The notes under the pieces are model-generated. The model did no database searches and was not told the DNA's origin. It saw only the letters and a program-made list of their open reading frames with translations. A stretch of 64,000 nt of DNA from the NCBI GenBank assembly GCA_013265495.1, contig MU057809.1, positions 124,001-188,000 on the forward strand. Direction: 5' to 3'. Below are positions 44,701-56,700 of this stretch, in pieces (within the stretch, counting starts at the first letter, position 1; every line of letters begins with the position of its first letter). The translations under genes and the position numbers were made by a program. This DNA comes from Vicugna vicugna (Eukaryota).

Positions 44701-47700
44701 AGGTGGGAGGCCTGGACACCAGCCTAGGACGGGCACCCACCCCTGCCCTGAGCCCAGCTCACATCACTCCTGTTGAAATACTTCAGGGCTCCTTCTCGTT
44801 CCGTCAGCACAAACTTCCGGCTTAAAAACTGCCCGTTGTCCCGGCCGCGCTTCCAGAGGAAGCCTTCTCGGTACCCTGTGGGGAGAGATGGTCAGATGGA
44901 AGGTGTGGCAGGTGCTCCTGTCCCCAGGGACCTGCTGACCCGTAGGTTGCAGGAGGCCGGCGGTGTGAGCGGGAGTCTGAGCCGAGGCCGGGGACTCTGC
45001 ACCGCCCCCTCACTGGGCCACCCGCTGCTGCCCACTCCTCTGCGCGGCGCCCAAGCCCTCTTTTCTTCTCTCCCAGGTGTGGCCCCCACACAGGGACGTG
45101 AGTGTGGCTCTCAGTGTGTAGGCCCCCAGGCCTACACACACCCCTGTGACCACCTGCATGACCACCAGTGTCCAACGCCGAGCCCACAGAACCTTCGGTG
45201 GTGCCAGGGCTTTGGGGGGTGGGGGTGGACGAGCACCGTGGACTGTCCAGGGGCCCAAGGTCACCACAAGGGTCCTCACGAGGGGGCAGAGGGAGAAGGG
45301 ACGACAGAAACACTGGGGAGCCCCCAGGGCCGGGGAACATGGAGAGGGCCCCAGGGGCTGGGCGATGCGGCCGGGAGACCCTCAGAGCCTCTGAGGAGCT
45401 AGCCCGGCTGCACCCTGACCTCTGCAGCGCGGTCCTCCAGACCACGAAAGCCCAGTCTCCTGCGCCTGGAGCCGTGGGCAGCCGTCCCTGCAGCAGGAGG
45501 AAGGAGGGCAGTGGACGCGTCCAGCCCGGTGCCCCTCTCACCCAGAGGGCCCCCCGCATGTGCTCTGGGGCCCAGCTCCCTCAACACTGTGCTGCCGGGC
45601 CGTCCCAGGCTCTGGGCTGTGCCCCCCAGGTGCCCCACCTCCCTTGGGCATGTTCTGGGGGCCACAGGGGCAGGGCCCGGGGCTCCGTGGAGACCGCCCA
45701 GCGCTGCCCTTGGGGATGGCGCCCACTGCCCAAGCAGCTGACAGCCCTGCGGGTGCCACGGGGCTGGTCCCCGCGGCGGGGGGTGCCCTGCGCTGCACCA
45801 GCTCTGCAGCCTGTGCCCAGCCCCCGAGGGCCGTGGCTGGGGTACTTCGGACGACCCTGCTAGGCCCTGACCCCCAAGCCTGCAGCTACCCCTGCCCAGC
45901 CCTCCGCTGCCCTGGCAGCCCCGGCCCAACACCATGGAGACAAGGGGCTGTTTCTCTGCTCTCGAGACACATGGCCATAAAAAGGTGGCGTCCTGGTGTC
46001 GAGGAGGGGGCAGCTGGTGCCTCTGGATCCTTAGGGGATGGTGGCAGATGGGCCTCTCCCTTCCCTCCCCCACATCTCAGAGGTTCCCTGCATCCTGAGC
46101 CTGTGGAGGGACATGCCCCGGGCCCCTGCGCACAGCACCAGTAGGTTAGCACCTCCTGTGCACCGGGGAATGGGCTCCCACCATGTCCCCAAGCTCAGGG
46201 AGGCCCCGACCTGCAATGGTTGTTGACTGACTAAATAGCCACTGGCCCAGGGCAAAGCTGGACGTCCGCCTGCCTCTGGGTCAGGCCGGCCTCTCTGGAC
46301 CCCACCCAACGTGCAGCTTTCCTGCAGGAGGCTGGAGTGACAGCCTCCGCAAGGCCGCTCCCCGCCAGGACCCCAACCCCCCGAGGGTGCCCGGCTGAGC
46401 ACTTGCATGTGCTGGCTCATCTCACCCAGGGGCCCCTAAGGCCCAGCCCTCAGTCATACCCACCGCACTGGAGAGGAAACTGAGGCTGAGACGGGAAGTC
46501 CTGTCCACGGCCTCCAGCCAGCAGGCGCCCTGGGCACTGGGCCTGCTGGAGCCCGGAGCCCCCACCCGCCCTGCCCACGGGGCCCAGTAGGGGGCAGCAG
46601 TGCCTCAGGATGCGGGAGGCCTGGTGTGGGGGGCCAGCTCTGCCACAGCCCAGCCAGGATGGACGGAGCTCCCGCCGGCCACCCTGCACCCTCACTGATC
46701 CGGCTCTGTCATACGTACCAGTCCAGACCAGCAGGACAGACGGAAACGCGGCCCCGAGTCTGTCGGGCTCCCAGGCCCGGGCGCCTCCCAGACGGCCAGC
46801 CCCCACGGTGCCTAATTTCAGGAGCTGTGACAGCAGCAGTATTTTCGGACAGGCACTGGCCAGGGTCCCTGACTGCCCAGCAGATGGGCGGCTGTTTGGC
46901 TCTTGGCCCGAAGTCAGTGGCCCCCGCCCACCCGCGTTCAAGCTCAGCCAAGTCGTCCTCTCTGCCTGGCATCTCACTCCTCCATCCCTGCCCTGTGACC
47001 TGGGACGTGCCAGCCCAGGCTCTGCCAAGGGGACCCTGCCCACCAGGCACCGGGCTCTCCAAGCCACGGGCCCCTCGGCCATCCTCGGGCAGGCCCAAGC
47101 GCGTGGCGTTTCCAGAGCCCTGAAGACTCCAGGCCAAGGTATCAGCTGCTCTGCCCCCACCTCCCCCTACACACAGCCCCTGCCGACTGCGCCCCATGGG
47201 ACAGGCCTCTCAGGCTGCACACAGCGGAGCCGGGCCGGTCCTGGGGCAGGGGCTAGATGGTTCACTCTGCATTTACTGAGCGACTGCTGTGTGCCTACAC
47301 CCCGGGCCCCCGGCCAGCTGCCTCTTCTCAGAAACCCCTCCGTGGGACCGCCTTTAAGAAGAGCCGAAGCCTTTCCCCAGTGCTGGCGACCAGACGCACT
47401 GCACGCCCATTGGAACGGCGAGAGCCGAGCAAACCCCGAAGACTAACCCCCAACGTGGGCAAGCAGTGGAGCAGCGGGGACCTTCCATGGGGCGGGGGCT
47501 GCGGATGGGGCAGCTGGTGGAGCACGGTCAGCAGTTTCTTGTCAAGTCACCCATGCCTCCCCTGTAACCCGGAGAGACATGGAAATCTCAGTGCCCCGAG
47601 AATGCGGTCACACGTGTACAGTGGCCTTGCCCATCCATGAACAGACTGGACATGACTGACATCCCTCAGGGTGACCAGCTGGTCCATCGCACACTGGACA

Positions 47701-50700
47701 CTGCTGAGGACTGAGCGCCGGGCTCACCAAACAACTGGGCCAGCCCCCAGCATGGCCAAGAGGGAGCAGCAGACTCGGCAGGGCACGCCGGCTCCATCCA
47801 GTGACCCTTGGCAAAGGCGCAGGACAGATAGGGGGGCCTGGCCAGAGGGTGCGGCTTGGCCTCAAGACGCCTGCCTGTCTGCCTACATCTGGGACCCTGC
47901 AGGGCCGCCACCCCTCATCTCATTCAGGAGCTGCTGGGAGGGCCCGCCAGGTGAGGGGCTGCGTCGGGGAGCCAGCCACGGGGCTCTGCCCATGGGCTCC
48001 TGTTATCAGGGTGCTGAGCTGGGTCCCACTTTGTGCATGAGGAACCCATGGCCCAGAGACACCGCTTGACTCTGCAAGGTCGCAGAGTGGCCAGCAGGGA
48101 CGTCGGGACCAAGTCCTGGTCTCCGAGAGGGAAGGAGGCGGCTGTCAGTGAGGCCAGGGTCCAGGCTGAGGGCCTCGGTCACCGCTCCCCTCCTCGTGCC
48201 CCCTGCACCCAGCACAGGGCCCGCACACATGGGAGAGACCCCGCCTCGGCGGGTGGGCTTCTGCCTTCAGCCACATGTGCGGACCACACGCCCCCGGGCT
48301 ACCCAGCACCGGCCAAGAGCCCCTGGCGCTCCCCATGTCCCAGGCACAAGACCCACACGCGGGGCTCCAGCATGAGTCAGCAGCAAACGCAAGCCTGCAG
48401 GGAGAGCCCTGCCGGGAAGCGGGGCGCAGCTGGACCCCCAGCCCCACCAGGGACGCCCTGGGCCCCGAGGGCCCCACGCCTGGCCTCAGCGACCCCGTGT
48501 CCCCAGCACTACACAGGTGGGGAAAGCGGGGCTGGCTGTCGTTCGCCCACCTGCGCCAGGGCCCCACTCTCCGTGGCGGAGCAAAGCCCCTGCAGGAAGT
48601 GCTGAGTCTGGGTGCCTGGGGGCAGCCAGCCCTCTGACAACAGGCGCCATTGTCGGCCTGTGAAAGGCAGCCATTGAGGCTCTGGTACAAGGCGCGGACG
48701 GCTGGGGGTGCAGCCAGAGGCAGCTGTTCCCCAGGGTCACCCCAGTGGTCCGGGAGCTGTGGGGGGCAGGTGGGAGGTGCCCCAGTATCTGTCTCACTCA
48801 CCTTCTCCAGGAAGGTTCAGGTGCCTCCCACACACCCATGACCCTGGCCGAGGGCGGAAGCGCAGGGCACAGGCGTGGGGGGGGCGCCAGGCTGGCACCT
48901 CCCCTCCGTCTAGGGTCCCTCAGGAACCCCACTCCCTCCCACACTGTCAGCCACGTGGCAACCCTGGCTGCCACGCCCGCGGTTGCACTGTAACTGACAC
49001 CACCAAGGACACCACCACCTGTCCTGGAGGGCCCGCGTCCCCTCCCCGACCCCCCACGCTCTCGACAGCTTCCTGTCCACCTGTGGTCACAACCGGCCAC
49101 TCCAGGAGGGGCCGGCCGGCCCTCCTGCCCCGCCCCTCAGACGGCTTGTCTGCTGCCTTCTGAGTTGAGCTTATGCATTTTCAGCAAAAAACACCTCTGA
49201 ACTGGGGGAGGTGGGTGCAGCTCAGTGGTGGAGCACGTGCCTAGCACCTCCGCAAGTAAGTAAACAAACAAAGAAACCTAATTACTCCTCCTAAAAGAGA
49301 GAGAGAGAGAGACCCTCAGAGGTGAAGTCCGCGTCCTGGTGGTGACATGGACCCTGGTTCCTCCACTGCAGCCACCTTCCCGTTTGCCGACACTCGGGGA
49401 CGGCGCGGCCCTGGCTCCCCACCAGCGTGCGCCCATCGGGTCTCGTCCACACGGTGTCACTGCCCCCTGCACGCTGACTAGCAGGACCCCTGTCCGACCC
49501 CCTCGCCCCCGTCATCAGTTCAGCCCCTTCCTTCGCGTGGACCCGGGGGCAGACTCCCCCAGCACCCTCCCCCATGGCTCACACTGTCCAGGTCCGGGGA
49601 CGCCCTGAGTGTGGTCAGTCAGAGGCTGGGCTCGTCCGAGGCCCCAGTAGGGGCCGCGATGAGAGGGACCCCTGCCCCATCGGCGCCCCCACAGTGGTGA
49701 CCAAGCTGCCCACTTCCAGCCCCCGGGACCCCAGCTGCCCACTTCCAGCCCCCTGGACCCCAGCTGCCCAGCAGGCTCCCCAACCCTGCAACCAAGGGCC
49801 CTCTGAGCCACTCACTCCCCGGGCCACATCGCACCTCACACCACGCCTCAGAGCCGGCCCTTCCTGAGCCCGCGTTCCCCCTCCTCCTGGCCCCGCCGGC
49901 ACTTCTGCATTCTTGGTGACCAGAGATGTGTCATCCCCCGCCGTGAGAAAGTTCTCCTGTGGCAAGCCCTAGGGGCAGGCAGGGCGGGAAGGGCCCACGG
50001 GAACCCCCGGGCTCCTAAGGGCAGGGCTCAGAGGGGGATGGCAGGCCAGGCGGGGGGGGCACCTGCTCCATCTGCCCTGGACACTGGGGCCGGGGTCAGG
50101 GGGGAAAAGGGGTGGGAGGAGGGGTGGGCGGGAGGAGATCTGAGGGGGGCTGGGCCCCTCTATCCGGCAGAGCGCTCAGCAGGGCAGGGGTCTGAGAGGC
50201 AGGGCCCCAGCAGCCCCCACAGGGCCTGCACCCTGCGCGGAGGTCCCTGGGCCCAGCTGAGCTTGTCCGCCTCCCTACGCCATCCTGTAAGGGGCCGGCC
50301 TGCTGCTGCCCCCAACACACCACCGATGGCCCCCTGCATGACCCTGCACCTGTCCAGGTGACAACAGGGCTGTCCTCCACAGGTGGGATGCGAGCCTTTG
50401 CTCCTCCGTGGCCCTGCGGATCTGACGGAGAAGCTGCAGTCTTCAAATGCCACCTGCTCAGTCCCACCGCGTGTGCCTACAGGCCCCCGCCGCCATCCCC
50501 CCACTCCGGCCCGGTGCCCTCCATTCACTCCCCAGGCTTTGGGGACGGTTCACGGGAGGAATGGTGGTGGCATCGAGGGACTCTGGGCCGGCCGTGGGGC
50601 CGCCACCTCCCAGGCTGTGAGGAGCCTGGCTCGTGACCCGACACCCCAGCACGCCTGCAGACCCCACCCTCCCCACACGCCGTGACAGGAAGATGCTGGC

Positions 50701-53700
50701 CGTGCTGCCTACACACCTCCCACTGCCCTGGGAGGACCCCAGGGCAGGCGGGCAGGCACACATCTCCCGGCCACCGAGACGGGGGCACACACACCCCTGA
50801 CCTCTCAGGACCAGAGCTGAGACTTTCTCTGACACTTTTGTGGAAGTCACCCTTTTCTCTCAGAACCTGAAGGCACAGGGATGGACAGTCTGGACCTGCC
50901 GCAGCGCAGCCGCCACCCGGAGGGTTAGAGCCACCCCAAGAGGCAGAAACCCCGGAGCCAAGTTCCGATGGCACTGGCCGACCCCTAGACCAAGCTGTGC
51001 CTGCAGCCAGCCCAACGGTGTGAGCCAACCCACGTCCCATTTCTCTCCAGTCCAACTGGGCTGGAATTCTGTCACTCACAACCAGAGGTCCTGACGCAGG
51101 AACAGACACAAAATCCCGCTCCTGCCTCTGAAATGAGGCCACACACCGTATGTCATTGGTGAGATGTGCCTGGGAGACAGAGGCTCTGGGTCGAGCCTCC
51201 CACGGCTCGCGAGCAGCACGGTGCATGCATGTCCCAGCGCTGAGCAGGCCCAGATGCCCGCGACCTCCCCCCCCGCCACGTGGGGGACCATCAGCAGACG
51301 GGAAGGCCGCTCTCTGGAGGGCACAGTGACTGAATCAAGGCCACACGCCAGCCCCGGGCCACTGCGAGGGCTCGGGAGGAGAGGGACACGGAGCAGCCTG
51401 CGGTGCAGGAGCGGGGGCTGCATGCTGACCCCCTCCCCGGCCTCACAGCCCAGGAACCTGGGGACCAGCTGCTCCCTTAGAGGGATAAAGCGGCCACCCC
51501 TGCGGACAGAGCCACCTCCATCTGATCACCCCCTGGTGCTAAGAGCTCCGGGGGCCTGGCCCACCAGACTTTGGGGCTGCCTCCACCCTCTGCCCCCAAC
51601 CTGGGCCCCAGGCCTGTCCACACCCCTCTTGCCTGCCCCACAGGCTGTCCCAGAGCGGAGGCGCCGCCCCAACCAGCTGCAGCAGGCGGGTCCCCCCGGG
51701 CCCCCATCCCAGGTCAGGGCTGATCTGTGAGCAGCCGCGGGGACCCTGGGTGCCAGGTCAGAACCCTCAGGGAGTCGTCCAGCTTCCTAATGACCCTGCT
51801 CCAGCTCAGGGGGCGGTGGACCGAGAGACAGACACAGAGACAGCGCAGGCGGACAGACGGACAACGTGCACCCTCACCTGCGGAGTACGGCTCCTGCCTC
51901 TCGGGGTGGGTGAACTCCTGCCGTTCGTACTTGGCCCGGATCCACTGCTCCCGCAGGAGCCTGGAGAGAGACGAGAGAGGGGTCGGGACAGTCCCAGCCT
52001 GACTGCAGGGCTGCGAGACCTGTAAGAGCTGCCCCTGGACGTGGTGGGGACACACAGAAGGCAGGGCTGAAGGGCCACCAGCTTTGAATTTTTAAATGCT
52101 TACTAATCAGTCTCACCGCCTCACGCACCCCTGCTGCCTTGTTGGCTGCTGTGGCAAGATTCCCGTCCCCAGAGGCCACCTCAGCCTGCACTTCTGCCTC
52201 TGACGCACAGAAACTTGAATGGTGCCCGCAGAGGTGTGCACCCCGCCGCCCTTCAGAGAGGCTGTCCGTCCTGGGACCGCGCAGGGGGCGGGGGCGGCCC
52301 GGCTCGTCCCCCAGCCTGCAGTTTCCTCCACCTCCAGTCAGTTACACAGAACAGAACAAACAGGGGGCCTCTGGCTTTTTGCTGGGCCTCAAAGCCAGCT
52401 CCCCCGCCTGCAGCTGCACCCTCGGCTGGGCCTGGGGCGCCCCGGTCCTGCGGCTCTGCGTGCGGGTCCCGGGGCTGCCAGGACAAACGGCCCTAAACCA
52501 GGCATCCTAAGATAACAGAGATCCGTGCTCCCAGGGTCTGGTGGCCAGACCTCTGAGTCCAGGTGCTGCAGGGCTGGTTCCTCCTGGACAGCCTGGAAGA
52601 GGCTGCTCCCGGCCTCCAGCCACCAGGGAGCAGTTCCTGGGGCGTGGCCACACCCCCTCTGTCTGCATCTGTCTTCAGGAAGCCTCCCCCCCAGCATCCC
52701 CCGCTCCTCTCTTATGAGGACACCGGCCACTGGATTGCACGCCCACCCCAACCCAGTGTGATCTAATTCGAGACCCTTCCCTTCCTCTGCAAAGACCTCG
52801 CTTCCAAATAGGGGCCTCTCGTGGGTCCTGGGGTCAGGACGTGGCCTGTCCTTTGGAGGACGCCACCCAGCCCCCACAGGGGCCGAGCTGCGTGACGCTG
52901 GGGGCTCGGGCCCCGCCTGCAGCCGCCCCTCCTCTGTAACAGGAGGACTGCACACCTGGCCTCTCAGAGCTGCGGGGCCCTGGAGCCCAGCCTGAGATGC
53001 AGCCACATCCGCCCACAGCCATGCTGTGGGCTTGTCCCCACCCCATTGGGTAGGGGACCCATGAGGTCCCTGGCCACTGCCTTGGCAAGGACACTGGCCC
53101 CAGGGCTCACGCCCACACATAGGGGTTTCCAGGGCCTGGCATGGAGGCTTCCAGAAGCAGCAGCAGGAAGCCCTGGCTGCAGGCACTGGCAGGGGGAGTC
53201 CCCACCCTGCTCAGCAGAGCTGGCCCGAATCGCTCGGTCACCCGGGGCCACGCCCGAGACAGCCAAGGAGCCTGGGCTGGCCCTGCCACACAAGGGGCCC
53301 TGGCCTCCCGAGACCCCTGGCCCAGCCTCCTTCATCAGGGGAAACTGACGTTGAAGGGGGTGACCACAACACCCCAAGCTATGACCACAGAGATGATCTG
53401 GGGGGCCTGCCACCCGGGATGGGTCCTGTTTCAGGGGAGCCAGGTTTCTCAGCCCTGGGCCCTCGGGCTCAAGTTGGGCACTGCAAGCTGGGACGTGTGC
53501 TGGACGGGCGCCCGGGCGCGGCCGACCCCCTCCTCCACGTGTGGCCCGCCTCCCAGGCTTCCCTCCACCGTGCACCCAGCCCCACGTCGGGGGGCCATGC
53601 CTGCCGAGATGACCAGTGGATGACTAGCCAGCCAGCGAGCCGCCTCCTGGCTCACCTGCCTGCCGTCCGGCGTCTGACTGCAGTTCCCAACACTGTCCCC

Positions 53701-56700
53701 ACCTGGTGGTCAGCCCCGAGTCATGGGTTCTAGGACACCCTGCCTGGAGATCGGGGGCTGGGCTTTGCCCCTGGGGAGGTGACCTCCTCGGCTCGGCCTC
53801 CCCTTCTGCCTGGTGAGCAGGTCATTCAGACGGCCCCCAGGGAAACAGAGTGCAGACTCCACCCTTGTGCCAGCCCCCAGACCCACGTCCTGGCCTCCAT
53901 CTGCCCCGCCTCGAGCAAACCCAGACCCCCATCATCTCACCTGCGGACTTCTGAGGCTGTTACGGGTCAAGCTGTGTCCCCGCCCCCCAGAAACGTCTGC
54001 TGTGGTCCTAACCTGCGAGACCTCAGGTGCACCCTTGTCTGGAAACAGGACGGTGCAGGTCCGTGAGTTAAGACGAGGTCGTCCTAGAGCAGGGTGGGCC
54101 CTAGCCAGTCTGACCAGTGCCCTTGTGCAAAGGGGACACCTGGATACTGCCACGGACGACCGCAAGAGGACACAGGGAGAAGTCGGCCTCAGGAGGGCCC
54201 ACCCTGCACACTGTGTTCCCAGCTGCTGGCCCAGACTGGAGACCCTGAATTTTTGCTGTCTCAGCTGCCGGCCTGGAAGCTCGCACAGAGCCCTCTTCAA
54301 CAGGGACTCTGCCCGCTGGGGCCCCGGGGCCTGGGCTCTGGGACTTCTGCTGCTGCCGAGAGAGGGGCACCCACAGGGGCCTGCTGCCAGGAAGGCACAC
54401 AGGAAGCAGAGGGGGCCGGCCTCCATCAGAGGTCAAGCTGAGGGGAGCCGGCACCACCTCCCGCCCTACGTCAGGGTCGAACGTTGGCACCGGGTGACAC
54501 AGGAAGGGGCTTGGGGCCTGGCCTCCGAGTCTCGGGCCTGGAGGGCTCCAAGCTCCAGACGTGGGCGGGGGACTGCCCTGTCCAGAGCACTCGCTCTGGG
54601 CCACTCTCTGGCCCCTGACTCTGCACCTCATTTCATCCTCATGACGCCCGCGTCATAGCAGGGAAACTGAGGCCGCCAGGCTTTGCCCCAGGGAGGCTGC
54701 TGAGCCCCTGTCCTACGTGTGCACAGCTGAGAGGCTGCACCCGCACCCCGCCTCTGTGGCTGCGCGTCAGCCCCGCCCCTCCCTGGTCTCAGGCTGCCTG
54801 GTTAGGTTTCCCTGTTGCTGCCTGCCCAGCAAGGAGCTTCCCCCAGGACCCCCCTGCCCTGCATCCTCACCCTCCGGGGCCCTGCCGCTTGTCCCAGGCA
54901 GACCTGCCTGACCTGAGCACCTACTGCATGTGGGGACGCAGCGGGCTTGGCTCCTGTGAGCCTGCACCCAGTGGAAGCTTCTGGAAGGCGGGGCCTGCTT
55001 GGGCTTCAGAGCGCACTCCCACGGCACAGGGGTGCCTGGTCACCCCGGAGGCCCTGACCGCACTGCCTGCACGGGACAGGGCAGTGTCCGTGAGCACTCT
55101 GCGGGGACCAGGACGCAGAGGAGCCAGCCGAGCGCCTAGCAGGACACAGCCTGTGGCCGGCCTGCCCCTCACCACACGCTCAGACAGGCGGGGAGGCATA
55201 CATGCGAACGGCCCAGACCACAGAGCAGCCTGCGGTGGCGGTAAAGTCATGTCTCAGGAGCAGCTGCCACCTTGCTGATTCATACCGAGCGGGCTGGCGG
55301 GCGGGGCGCCGACTTCCCTGAGAGCCCAGGACAAGCGGCCAGGCCGCCTCAGGATGTACAGGTGGTCCGCAGGCCTGCCCGTGAAGGGTGAAGGGCAGAC
55401 ACAGCGTGCAGGAGCTGAGGCCAGCCTCGGTCTCCCCGCCTGTGGAGTGGGGTCCGAACTGGCCTGCCTCCCAGGCAGCTCACAGAGAAGACACCCAAGG
55501 CCCGCGCCGATGCGGGTACGTGGCGAGCGTGAGCTGTGGGGGCAACACGCAAGGAAGGCCCCGGCATCACCTGGTGCCTGGACGCGCCTCTCAGCCCTTC
55601 CCCCTGCGGCAGCCGGGCCAGGACAGTGGCCTCCCTCTCCCCACCCCCGGGTCTAGCAGAACTGGAAGCGCACAAGCCTGCACAAAGCCAGGGTCCAGGT
55701 GCCGCTGGGCAGACTCCCCGGGGTGTGGAGTTGACAGAGTGAGTCGGGAGGAGGCAGGGCCGAGCGAACAGAAGTGAGGTGCTGTGGGGGCGGGGGGCCC
55801 GGGGGCGCAGGGCCGGCCAGATCCTCGCCCCAGAGACCGCAACCACGGTGCATCCCTGGCTAGGGAGGAAGGTGGGCTGGATCCTTACGCTCCTGATGCA
55901 CAAAGGGGAAGTGCTGGGAGGAGCCCTCAGAAGGGAGGGGCTGCGGGAAGGTGCTCGGGCCCTTCACCTCCAGCCACCAGAGCCAGCTGAGGGGGGCCAC
56001 GCGGGCACGTCCTGCTCTGGGGGCACGGGGGTTGCGGGTGGAGATGCCGGGGACGGGCTGGGGGGCTGATCCAGGGAAATTTGGAGGTGCTGAGGGAGGA
56101 GACAGACACTGGGGGTGCTCAGTGGGGAATCCAGGAGCCCCCGGGAAGGATGCGGAGACGCCTGGTGGGCACGTCCCCGCCACTGCTGAGCCCGACACCG
56201 GCAGCCACCCCCCCAGGCTGGGGTCCAAGCCTCGCCCCAGGTGCCACCCCGACTTCCAGAACCTCTGGACTTGTGCAGGGTGCCACCCTGCCCTGGGCGC
56301 CAGGAAGAGAGACTCCAGCCATCCGTCCCCTCCTCCTGAGGAGCCTAGGGGCCCGAGGAGGAAAAGGGTCTGCACCCGTCCCGGCCCTGAGAGGCCCGAG
56401 GAGGAACGGAGGGTGAGGGAGGGGTCCTCATGGGGAGGAGGCGGCAAAACGGAGCCAGGCCGGGGTCCGGGGGCGTCAGGGGGCCCAGGGCTGAGATGTG
56501 AGGGGGAGCACTGAGGGCCGAGCAAGAGCACGTGGGCAGAAGAGCCCGGGGACATGCCGGGGGTGGGGGGCATGGGGGGCACGGGGGGCAGGCCGTCCAG
56601 CCTGGATGAGGAGACGCCCAGAGAGGGCTGGGAGTGGGAACCCAGTGGACCGCAGCGCCACTGTCACCAGGCGATGCCCACGGGGTGGGGAGACGCGGAC

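Noticed and set aside
49204..49250. Possible tRNA gene
   Set aside because: Only an A-box-like 5' half; no B-box or T-arm and no cloverleaf; followed by a SINE tail.
49704..49770. 29-bp direct repeats as a CRISPR-like array
   Set aside because: Contiguous tandem units without spacers in mammalian intronic DNA; an ordinary minisatellite.
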